A stretch of 47,203 bases of DNA from an uncultured Oscillospiraceae bacterium (GTDB lineage: Bacteria > Bacillota > Clostridia > Oscillospirales > Oscillospiraceae): the NCBI GenBank assembly GCA_964539115.1, contig CAZIHY010000003.1:1-47203 (forward strand). The letters run 5' to 3'. The notes under the pieces are model-generated. The model searched no databases, was not told the DNA's origin, and was given only the letters and a program-made list of their open reading frames with translations. This document shows, piece by piece, positions 15,663 through 23,679 of the stretch; position 1 is the first letter of the stretch; every line of letters starts with the position of its first letter. Position numbers and translations under genes: made by a program.

Positions 15663-17720
15663 TCATTTCAGACATGAATATACATAAGAGCTTACTGTGG
15701 ATGCACAGCTCATGAGCTGTGTTTGTGTGTCACCGCAGCCCATAAAGACGACAATATATGTCTCCTCACCGTTATCTACAATCGCAGCCTCATTATACAA
15801 ATTACTGCGCACACCATTGTGATTCATAAAGGTGTATCGGTTATCAACACCGCCGCCAAGGCCTTCGCCCGCGGTGGAATCGATAATGTACATGTTTTCC
15901 CGAAGGTAATCTCGGCCGCCGTCAAACTCACCGTTCCAAATAAGCTCAAGTATGCCCGCAACGTCGGCCGCGCTTACATAGTTTTCGTTGCTGCTGGTAG
16001 TGAATCCAATATTTGCATTGACGACAACGCTGTTGAAACCGTAATATGCGCAGACGTCCTCTATATGGCTGAATCCGAGATAATTCATCAAAGTGTTTGC
16101 AGCGTTGTTGTCGCTGTAACTGAGCATCGCGTACATCAGTGTGGAAATTTGAATATAATCTCCGTCATTTGCCGACGTCAAATATCCTCTGCCGTTAGAC
16201 TGATAATCAAAATATGCCTTGTCGCTCATCTTCAGAAAGCCGTTATCGACATCGTATAATATAGTCAGCATGATCGGAATATTTATCAGCGCTGAAGAGA
16301 TAGACTTGGAATAGGCACTGCCGGCAGAATACTGCATTTCCCGCGTGACGTCTGTTATAAAGACTGAAGCATCTGAATAGGGTGCGTAGTTGTTAAGAAG
16401 CCTGTCAAGCTCATTTTCATCCACAAGCGGATCATAATACACAGGCTCCGGGGTGGGCGTAACAGGCTGAGACGTGCTTACAGGAGGAGTTGCAATAATA
16501 TTACTGTCTTGTTGATCCGACGAATCCTGAGGCGTATCAATATTTGAAGTGATCTCGTCGTCCGGCTCATCCTCTGTAGTTTTGCATCCGCGAAGGATCA
16601 GCGCGGCAACCAGGGCAATCAAAAGGGCGGCACAGACACCGATAAGTACGATTATAAGCGTTTTGGACGCTCCGGCGCTTTTTTTAACCGTGCCGCTTGA
16701 ATTGTTATTATTGTTGTTGTTGCTGAGGCCATAGTCTCCGGAATAAGCGGAAACTGTCTTCTCATTTTGGTATATGCCGGCATCCTGTCTATAGTAAGCA
16801 GGTTCTCCCGTCAGCGCCTGTTTCATTTCAGCGGCCGTTGAGAATCTCTCCTCTGGCTGGAATTTGCAGGCACGAAGAATTATATTACTGAGTGCAGGGG
16901 AGGCGTAAGCGGGCACTGGAAGTGGCCGGCCGGAAAAGCGCATACCGTTTGAATTCTCGATATCATCAGCAGTTACAGGAGCAGGCGGAAGCGCGACAAA
17001 AGGCGGCCTGTTTGCATTGCACAGGCGATAGAGAACAAGCCCCAGAGAGTAAATATCGGAACGAAAACTGACGGATTGACCGCGGTTCAGCTCCGGAGCC
17101 ATATAATTGAGCGTTCCGGCGATCGTAACGCCCGCATTTGCATTGTCAAGAGACCTTGAGACGCCAAAATCTCCGAGCTTGAATTCTCCGCTGTTGCTGA
17201 CAAAAATATTGCTGGGTTTTATATCACGATGCAGGATGTTGCGGCTGCTCATGACCTCCAGTGCGGTACATATGTCAATGCCCAGTCTGCGCACCTCATT
17301 TTCGGTTATTGCGCGCTGCTGCAGCAGTACGGGTAGGGGAGTAAGCAGCTCCATGCGTATGAAAATATCATATCCGGGCCCATCTTTCTTGGGCACGACC
17401 ATATGATCCTCATATGACACTATGTTGGTATGCCCCTTGAGGCTGACATTGATCTCGATTTCCCTAAGCAGGCGCTTGAGCATATTTTCATAATACGCAC
17501 CGAGAGAGCTGGGATCGGTAACAATTCCATCAGCATACAGGCTGTCAGCTTCGTTTTTATCCTGAGGGATGGAAATATGTTTAATCGCAGAGTAATAAGT
17601 ATTGGTTTGTCCGTATTCAACTCTGTGTGCTCTATATACCTTACCATGGCTGCCCTGTCCGATCAAATCATCGATCTCCCAAGTACCCCAAAGCGGTGTA
17701 AAGCTGTGTATATCAGACAT
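15663..17720 (-). CDS. Hanks-type Ser/Thr protein kinase - TM - degenerate beta-lactamase-fold ectodomain
   Basis: GQGSHGKV, AIK, HRDIKPSN, DFG and APE motifs. Poly-Asn juxtamembrane run, then TM LIIVLIGVCAALLIALVAALIL. The C-terminal ~245 aa align with the downstream serine hydrolase (SDN kept) but lack SxxK (SSALIN) and have HNG in place of KTG. Confidence 0.8.
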   Translation of the reverse strand: MSDIHSFTPLWGTWEIDDLIGQGSHGKVYRAHRVEYGQTNTYYSAIKHISIPQDKNEADSLYADGIVTDPSSLGAYYENMLKRLLREIEINVSLKGHTNIVSYEDHMVVPKKDGPGYDIFIRMELLTPLPVLLQQRAITENEVRRLGIDICTALEVMSSRNILHRDIKPSNIFVSNSGEFKLGDFGVSRSLDNANAGVTIAGTLNYMAPELNRGQSVSFRSDIYSLGLVLYRLCNANRPPFVALPPAPVTADDIENSNGMRFSGRPLPVPAYASPALSNIILRACKFQPEERFSTAAEMKQALTGEPAYYRQDAGIYQNEKTVSAYSGDYGLSNNNNNNNSSGTVKKSAGASKTLIIVLIGVCAALLIALVAALILRGCKTTEDEPDDEITSNIDTPQDSSDQQDSNIIATPPVSTSQPVTPTPEPVYYDPLVDENELDRLLNNYAPYSDASVFITDVTREMQYSAGSAYSKSISSALINIPIMLTILYDVDNGFLKMSDKAYFDYQSNGRGYLTSANDGDYIQISTLMYAMLSYSDNNAANTLMNYLGFSHIEDVCAYYGFNSVVVNANIGFTTSSNENYVSAADVAGILELIWNGEFDGGRDYLRENMYIIDSTAGEGLGGGVDNRYTFMNHNGVRSNLYNEAAIVDNGEETYIVVFMGCGDTQTQLMSCASTVSSYVYSCLK
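16806..17720 (-). repeat. Kinase-domain paralog copy 1 (dispersed direct repeat with 26164-27063)
   Basis: Long runs are shared with copy 2, e.g. CATATGATCCTCATATGA...CCCTTGAGGCTGAC and CTGACAAAAATATTnCTGGGnTTTATATCACG. The proteins are collinear (FTPLWG.WEID..IGQGS.GKVYRA...). Confidence 0.7.
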
Positions 17721-17797
17721 TGTGTTACCTCGATTCTTTTCGGAAAGAAAATTGTTTATATAATAACTTGTGATTTGCCGGCATCAGTATCAGAAGC

Positions 17798-18532
17798 TTA
17801 TGGTGATGATGGATCCTCAGCAGAGGGCGTGAACGGATCGACGGGAGTAAGCTTTCCCGGGGACTCTTGGGCCGGGGGTTCCTGTATAGGAGCTTCTGTT
17901 GACGCAGATGTTGCAGGAGCGTTTTCGGTTGGCTTGTATGTAGAAATAATGACCGTCTGATCTGTGCCGGGCGATATCTCCGCTTCTTTTACAATGATGG
18001 TGATACTTATAGATTGATTGTTCACAGAATATGTTGCACGGCACTGGGCCTCACCGGCTGACATCGCAGTAAGAGTTCCGGAATCTATAAGAAATACAGA
18101 CTCGTCAAAACTTTTCCATGTTATTGACTCTGTGTCGGCCGGCTCACCATCTGCGAGAAGTTCGATTTTGGCAGCTTCACCAACATGTAGGACGATTGAG
18201 TCCCCGGCGGCATATATGGTTCCGCTGCCTCCGCGAAGGGAGAGACCGGCAAGATCGGCCACAAGCGGAGCAGAGGAGATATCAGTCTGCGGTAGATCCG
18301 TGTCCTCTTCGGGATCCGCTGGAGACACTGTATCATAAAAAGGCGTGGGTGAAACCGAAGCGCTTTTCTGCCCGTTTTCAGCCGTAAAATATCCGGAGAT
18401 AAACAGAACTCCCGCCGTAAGCAGTACAACGACAGCTATAATGGATAATATACGCATGGAAATGGGCACGAATGGAGGAAAAACAGTATCTGCCAACGCG
18501 TGTCTTTTTTCGCCCCTGTTTTGCCGAGCCAT
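17798..18532 (-). CDS. Membrane-anchored protein with Big_2-like Ig domain and P/T/S/E-rich tail
   Basis: TM ILSIIAVVVLLTAGVLFISGYF. ITWKSFDESVFLIDSGTLTAMSAGEAQCRATY resembles bacterial Ig-like group 2 domains. GGAGG RBS. Confidence 0.5.
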   Translation of the reverse strand: MARQNRGEKRHALADTVFPPFVPISMRILSIIAVVVLLTAGVLFISGYFTAENGQKSASVSPTPFYDTVSPADPEEDTDLPQTDISSAPLVADLAGLSLRGGSGTIYAAGDSIVLHVGEAAKIELLADGEPADTESITWKSFDESVFLIDSGTLTAMSAGEAQCRATYSVNNQSISITIIVKEAEISPGTDQTVIISTYKPTENAPATSASTEAPIQEPPAQESPGKLTPVDPFTPSAEDPSSP

Positions 18533-18556
18533 GGATCGGACCTCCGTGAATGAAAA

Positions 18557-19651
18557 TTATTGGAGCCTGAATACGTTTGAACGATTGCCGAGCATGATGA
18601 CCGTTCCCGGGTTAAGCGGTGTGGGCACATTTTGATTTAGTCTCGTTCCGTTTTCCAGGAAAGTTCCGTTACTGGAGTAATCTGTGACATAGAAGCATCC
18701 GGTATTTCCGTCATACTGAATTAGACAATGTTTGCGGCTGACGCTTTCACCGCCGCTGCTTATTACTATCTGGCAATACGCAGGATCGCGTCCTATGCAA
18801 ATCTGCTGATTTGGCGCTATGTCAAACGCGGTTGAAGCGTACATGCCGCTCAAGCCGACTATCTTGTGCGCAGTAAAATTATTCCTGCGCTGTTCCTGCA
18901 TACCGTTCATATAGTTTGGCATATATGCCGTGCTGCTGCCGGCGGTATTTGACTCCGGCGTGCTTTCACCGGACATCTGCTTATACAGCTCTGTTAAAGT
19001 CAGATTGACATATGGAGATATGTAAAATAAATTCAGAAGATTGAAAGTAAAGCAATTGAGTATATACCATCCGATAAAGCTCAACTTTGTAATGATTATA
19101 CCGCCAATATGATCCTTAGCGATGGCAGATGCATTGTCAAGGCATTCCTTTGCTGTCTTTTCGGGGTGGTTTGCCATATAGAAGAACAGAAAATCGTATT
19201 GGCAGCTTTTATAGATAATTATAATTATCGTATAGAGGAGCCCAAGTATCATTAACAATACAGCGATACTGAAACCACCGCTGCCGCCGCCATGGAATAT
19301 ATCTCTTACGGAAGTTCGCGCTATCACTCCTCCGATTATATAAAAAACAAGAGAGGGCAGTGTCCAGAGAAACATGAAGAGAAAATACCATATATAGCCC
19401 ATAATTGCACGAGAGAAAAGTGAAAAACCCTCAAGAACGCTGGACATGCGGGGAGTTTTTCCTGAGGTCTCCTCGAGATACCATGTGCATATACCGACCT
19501 TTGCGGCAGCTATTCCGAATGGAACGATGCTGAGAAGGACCGCCAGCATGTCAGCGCCTACGCATGCGCTCAGTCTTGTTGACATGACCTGCTTTGCACA
19601 TTCCTTTGCATGTGTCCTGTTAAACACCGTAAATTCCTCCTTATTCTTCAT
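18557..19651 (-). CDS. DUF975-like integral membrane domain fused to a C-terminal FHA domain
   Basis: Multi-TM N-terminal part ending in ...HPEKTAKECLDNASAIAKDHIGGIIITKLSFIGWYILN...ISPYVNLTLTELY (DUF975 pattern). The C-terminus ICIGRD...VSRKHCLI...SSNGTFL is a canonical FHA domain. An alternative start GTG 19627 follows AAGGAGGA. Confidence 0.7.
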   Translation of the reverse strand: MKNKEEFTVFNRTHAKECAKQVMSTRLSACVGADMLAVLLSIVPFGIAAAKVGICTWYLEETSGKTPRMSSVLEGFSLFSRAIMGYIWYFLFMFLWTLPSLVFYIIGGVIARTSVRDIFHGGGSGGFSIAVLLMILGLLYTIIIIIYKSCQYDFLFFYMANHPEKTAKECLDNASAIAKDHIGGIIITKLSFIGWYILNCFTFNLLNLFYISPYVNLTLTELYKQMSGESTPESNTAGSSTAYMPNYMNGMQEQRRNNFTAHKIVGLSGMYASTAFDIAPNQQICIGRDPAYCQIVISSGGESVSRKHCLIQYDGNTGCFYVTDYSSNGTFLENGTRLNQNVPTPLNPGTVIMLGNRSNVFRLQ

Positions 19652-20282
19652 TCATGTTCCATGAGAAACTGTCAGTGCAGCAGGGGACAAAGAGGAGCCT
19701 GGTGTTCCCTAATTTTAAAACATCCCCTGCTTTCAGCAGTGCTGTCTCCAGGACAACTTTGCCGTTTAGATAGAATAATTGGGTTGATGTTCCCGGCATA
19801 ACAAAAAAGCAATTTCCGACTGGATCATAGGACAGGATCGCATGCTTATCGGAAGATATGCTGCGGTCTCCCTTGATGGAAACGCTCATGTCGCTGCCTC
19901 TGCCGATAAAATTTCGTCCTGCGGTCAGGCGGTAATCGCGGCCCTTTGCAGCGCCTTCTATGCAGACAAGCCACCCGACGACCGGATCAATTCCGAGCCC
20001 GGAGCCTATGGCTGAAATTGTCTTATCGTTTTCAGCGGCAGATTGAGCTGCCGGTTCAGATTCCGGTCCAAACCCGGGCAATGTGGGTGAATGCGTATAT
20101 CCGGCGTTATAACCTCCGGCATAACTCTGTTGTACAGAGCCATATATATTTCCTCCCGCGAAGCCAACGGTCTTGTCAAAGCTTTTGGCCGGGTCAGTTG
20201 TCTGCATAATCTTTGCACAGTATGGACAGGTACTGTACTGAGAATTATCATAGAAATGACCGTTGCCGCATTGGATATTCAT
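19641..20282 (-). CDS. Zn-ribbon - linker - FHA domain protein (soluble)
   Basis: N-terminal C-x4-H...C-x2-C (CGNGH...CPYC). The linker carries DKTVGF and DKTISAIG. FHA block: GWLVCIEG..KGRDYRL..GRNFIGR...SSDKHAIL...YLNG. Paralog of 23007-23666. Confidence 0.75.
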   Translation of the reverse strand: MNIQCGNGHFYDNSQYSTCPYCAKIMQTTDPAKSFDKTVGFAGGNIYGSVQQSYAGGYNAGYTHSPTLPGFGPESEPAAQSAAENDKTISAIGSGLGIDPVVGWLVCIEGAAKGRDYRLTAGRNFIGRGSDMSVSIKGDRSISSDKHAILSYDPVGNCFFVMPGTSTQLFYLNGKVVLETALLKAGDVLKLGNTRLLFVPCCTDSFSWNMNEE

Positions 20283-20297
20283 TTATAGTTCCTCCCT

Positions 20298-21266
20298 TTA
20301 GTTGATTCTGATTAATGCCACAGATGTGTTATCTTGGCGGCTTCCCCCACGTTCGATCGCAGCCTCTACAAGCTCAGTTGCAGCGCTCTCCGTATTACTT
20401 CCGCTGCGATTGAGTATCGCTGCGATTTCCTGATCTGTAAGCGACTTGTACAACCCATCGCTTGCAAGAAGTACTATATCATTGGATATGAGCGGCGTAG
20501 CCGAATGACTGTGGTCAACTATCAGATGCTTACCAGAACCGATATAGCTGATAAGTGCGTCGCGCTTGGGGTGGTTCAATGCCTCCTGAAGCGTTATCAC
20601 GCCCGCGTTTACTTCATCCATAAGCCTTATCATAAAAACCTGATCTGTTGTGAGCTGATAGAGGGCCCCTTCACGCAGAATGTAGATGCGGCTGTCACCG
20701 GCAGAGCACCAGACAAGCTCATTATTTGCCACGACTACGGCCAAGACAGTGGTGCCGCAAATCAGAGGCCGTCCGTCCTCGTCCTGAAGTGAAGAAACAT
20801 ACTCGTTTGCACTCTTTATTGCGCTGATAATGGTCCCGTATAATGAGCTATATGGAGTTCGGGATGATAGCGCGGCGATAAGTATCTCCGTTGTAAAGGA
20901 ACTGGCTTTCTCACCACAGGCAAGTCCGCCCATTCCATCGCACAAAACCGCGTAAATTCCGTCCCGGTCATCAAAAGAGACCGGAGTGATGCTGACACAG
21001 TCCTGCTGGCTGTTCCGCCCTCCTATGGAGCTTGCGAGTGCTGCTGACATATTTCCGGACGAGAACGATACGGAACTGTCGGGGCGCCGTCTCTCAGCCG
21101 CGGTTTGAGCGTTGGAATAAACCTTCGTTTTTTCGGAGCGGGCAGTATTAAACTGTGGAGAGGATTTGGCCGAGGCTTTTTTTCTTACGGCGACCCATAT
21201 GATATAGAAACTCAGATAAGCAGCCGAAAGCACGCAAGCGATAAGCCAGATTTTTTCTTTTATCAT
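20298..21266 (-). CDS. PP2C-family Ser/Thr phosphatase with N-terminal TM anchor
   Basis: TM IWLIACVLSAAYLSFYIIWVAV followed by RKK. PP2C motifs GRNSQQD, VLCDGMGG, ASDGLY and RQDNTSVALIRI. Confidence 0.8.
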   Translation of the reverse strand: MIKEKIWLIACVLSAAYLSFYIIWVAVRKKASAKSSPQFNTARSEKTKVYSNAQTAAERRRPDSSVSFSSGNMSAALASSIGGRNSQQDCVSITPVSFDDRDGIYAVLCDGMGGLACGEKASSFTTEILIAALSSRTPYSSLYGTIISAIKSANEYVSSLQDEDGRPLICGTTVLAVVVANNELVWCSAGDSRIYILREGALYQLTTDQVFMIRLMDEVNAGVITLQEALNHPKRDALISYIGSGKHLIVDHSHSATPLISNDIVLLASDGLYKSLTDQEIAAILNRSGSNTESAATELVEAAIERGGSRQDNTSVALIRIN

Positions 21267-21303
21267 AAAAGCACAACCTTTTACTGCATACTGCCGCTAC
21301 ATG

Positions 21304-23010
21304 CTATATCGCTACGGCGCGAACTATCATTTTGGAATCGCCGAATCTGACAATGTCACCTATCTCGAGCTTATGGCGGGTATCGGGCATAATGGCGATG
21401 TTGTTCAGAAGCGTACCGTTTTTTGAGCCGAGATCGGTTACATAGAGGATCCCGTCTTCATACTCAAGGCAGAAATGCTGAGAAGAAACACGTCTGTCGA
21501 AATCGATGATAACGTCGTTTTCTTCACCTCTTCCGACAAAAACGCTGCTGCCGATCGAAAGTTCAAAATACTGCTGCCAGCCTCTTCCGTCGGCAAGCTC
21601 CACGCCTATTCGTGTGCCGCTTCCGGGCTTTATCCGGATGCGCCCGTTTTCATCCGGACGATACTCCGGCGGTGTTATCACAACAGCTTTTTTCCTGGAT
21701 TTTATAATGAACATTATGATGACAGCGGCGGCCAAAACGAGGATTACGCCTCCGATAAGCAGCCACACCCACAGCGGCAACAGTGCAGTTGCAGGATCAG
21801 CGCCGGTTTCTATCACAATTTCCACTACATCGGGTGACAAAGGATTAGCTTCCATTGATATATCCGATATGCCGCTCAAAGTCAGATAATATGTACCATT
21901 AACGGGAGGCTCGGAAAAAGACAGGGATGCTGTCTGAGCAGACACGGTAACTCCCACAAATGGTATGTGCTCATTTTCGCTGTTTGTAAAATCATAAGAA
22001 GCAAGATTGTCAGATCCGGAAACGGGTTCGCTGAACTCAATATCCAGCGTTATTTTGTCACTGTTATACTGGGCGATGGTCACATATGGAGCGACACTAT
22101 CGGCCTCCCAACGGTCAAGGATAAGCAGGGAATTATCTCCAGAGCTGCCAATATTGACTCTGAAGCTGTGTTCCTTGCCGTCGGCGATATTTGAAGCCGC
22201 GCGTACCTTCAAAAGCCAGCAGGCGGATACCTTGTCGTATAATTCATCAAGCGCGGAAGCTGCGTCAAGCTCGCTCTGTGTACCGAACATATACAGTTCT
22301 CCGCCATTCATGCGGGCGAGTGAGGCAAATTCGTCTATGTCGTCATTATTATGATCTGTGCTGCCGGCTGCGTCAACACACAGAGCGTTCAGCGCAATGC
22401 CGGCATTCTGAAGGCTGTCAATAAGCTCAGTTCGGGTCGTTCCGGCGCCGGCTTCCGCATCGTTTACACCGTCGGACACTACTATTGCGATTTTTCTCTT
22501 TCCGTCAACACTGCCGCAAAGCTCGATCAGTGTGCTGATCGCATCATAGAAATGTGTTGTTGAGTCACGGCATTCAAGTTCATCGATCGCCTGCTCGACC
22601 TCTTCATAGCTTTCTCCGCCGCTTAGGACGATTTGCACTTCGTCTCCAAATGTGATGAGTGCCATACTGTCGTTGGCGCCGAGTCGGTAATGATTATTAA
22701 GGATAGCCTGCCTGATCTCCCAAAAATAGTTCTTGTTTATGCTTGCGGAAATGTCGAGCAAATAGACATATAATGTCCCTTGGTCCGAGACAGCGGTGGG
22801 TGTTAGTGAAACTATATCTATGCTGTTTTCGTCAAGATAGACACTTATATCTTCAAGCCCCGCATCCCCGGCGTCGAGCTTATCATCATAAAAATAGATG
22901 TCGGCGTTGGGCATGACAGCCTGCACCTGTTCAATATCGACCGCAAGAGCGCACGCGGGCAAAACGAACGTGATCAAAACAGAGATCAGCAATCCTGCCA
23001 GCTTTTTCAC
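21304..23010 (-). CDS. Secreted vWA domain - Ig-like domain - TM - cytoplasmic FHA domain protein
   Basis: Signal peptide/lipobox-like VLPAC. MIDAS D-I-S-A-S (22741-22755) plus downstream T and SDG. TM LLPLWVWLLIGGVILVLAAAVIIMFII. FHA block VFVGRG...VSSQHFCL...SKNGTLL. The start GTG 23010 follows GGGGAGGA and overlaps the upstream TGA. Confidence 0.75.
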   Translation of the reverse strand: MKKLAGLLISVLITFVLPACALAVDIEQVQAVMPNADIYFYDDKLDAGDAGLEDISVYLDENSIDIVSLTPTAVSDQGTLYVYLLDISASINKNYFWEIRQAILNNHYRLGANDSMALITFGDEVQIVLSGGESYEEVEQAIDELECRDSTTHFYDAISTLIELCGSVDGKRKIAIVVSDGVNDAEAGAGTTRTELIDSLQNAGIALNALCVDAAGSTDHNNDDIDEFASLARMNGGELYMFGTQSELDAASALDELYDKVSACWLLKVRAASNIADGKEHSFRVNIGSSGDNSLLILDRWEADSVAPYVTIAQYNSDKITLDIEFSEPVSGSDNLASYDFTNSENEHIPFVGVTVSAQTASLSFSEPPVNGTYYLTLSGISDISMEANPLSPDVVEIVIETGADPATALLPLWVWLLIGGVILVLAAAVIIMFIIKSRKKAVVITPPEYRPDENGRIRIKPGSGTRIGVELADGRGWQQYFELSIGSSVFVGRGEENDVIIDFDRRVSSQHFCLEYEDGILYVTDLGSKNGTLLNNIAIMPDTRHKLEIGDIVRFGDSKMIVRAVAI

Positions 23011-23666
23011 CAACAAAATTCCTCCCCGCAGAAGGAGCGTAGGCAAAACAGGCTGTCACCGGCTTTTATCCTTGCCATGTCTCTAAGTGTTTTGGCACCA
23101 TCAAGCAGCGCCCCGTCCAAATATGTAACGGTTCCTGCTCCGGGAACAATAAACCAAGACTTAGACTCGGGATCGAATACAATTGAAAAATGACCGTCGC
23201 GGTTGATTTTTGGGTCATCGGCTATATTTATTTGCATACTGGCGGAGCGCCCGGCAAAGTTGCGCCCGGTATATAGGCGAAAATCGCGTCCTTTTTCCGG
23301 CCCTTCGATGCAGACAAGCCAACCCGCGACAGGGGAGAAGCTCTTTTTTTCTCCATAATTAAAGGCAGAGATGGTAGGACCGTCATCATTGTTCGAAAAA
23401 TCAAGAGGAAGAGGCCGCCCTGCTTGACCGGCAGACGGCGGCGCAGGAGAGTATGCGGAAGCTGCCGAAAAACCATAAGCGCCGATCGTTGCATCGAGTT
23501 CCGTCTCAGGAAATGGATGCTGTGGAAGTCTGCTGCCGTTCGAGCCAAATCCGTAAGCGTCGATCGTGGAATCCATATCATGGAACCTGCTTCTGCTGCA
23601 AATAGGACATTCATCGTTTCGCTGATCGTCATATCTATGCCCGTTTGGACAGATTCTGATCGCCAT
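23007..23666 (-). CDS. Zn-ribbon - linker - FHA domain protein (soluble)
   Basis: CPNGH...CPIC ribbon. The linker carries STIDAYGF, ATIGAYGF and PTISAFNYG. FHA block: GWLVCIEGPEKGRDFRL..GRNFAGR...NRDGHFSI...YLDG. Confidence 0.75.
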   Translation of the reverse strand: MAIRICPNGHRYDDQRNDECPICSRSRFHDMDSTIDAYGFGSNGSRLPQHPFPETELDATIGAYGFSAASAYSPAPPSAGQAGRPLPLDFSNNDDGPTISAFNYGEKKSFSPVAGWLVCIEGPEKGRDFRLYTGRNFAGRSASMQINIADDPKINRDGHFSIVFDPESKSWFIVPGAGTVTYLDGALLDGAKTLRDMARIKAGDSLFCLRSFCGEEFCW

Positions 23667-23679
23667 ATATTATTTCCCC

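Noticed and set aside
14641-15675. Class-A beta-lactamase-fold gene considered as an antibiotic-resistance beta-lactamase
   Set aside because: It is membrane-anchored with a long stalk, and the omega-loop region does not show a clear RxExxLN motif by eye. It is embedded in a signalling operon next to a paralogous sensor domain. A cell-wall peptide hydrolase or ligand-processing role is more plausible. Resistance cannot be supported from sequence alone.
16703-16723. Run of seven Asn codons (AAC/AAT mix) in the kinase juxtamembrane region, considered as a phase-variable simple sequence repeat
   Set aside because: It mixes two codons, is only 21 nt long, and any slippage by whole units stays in frame. 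It is more likely a low-complexity linker than a contingency locus.
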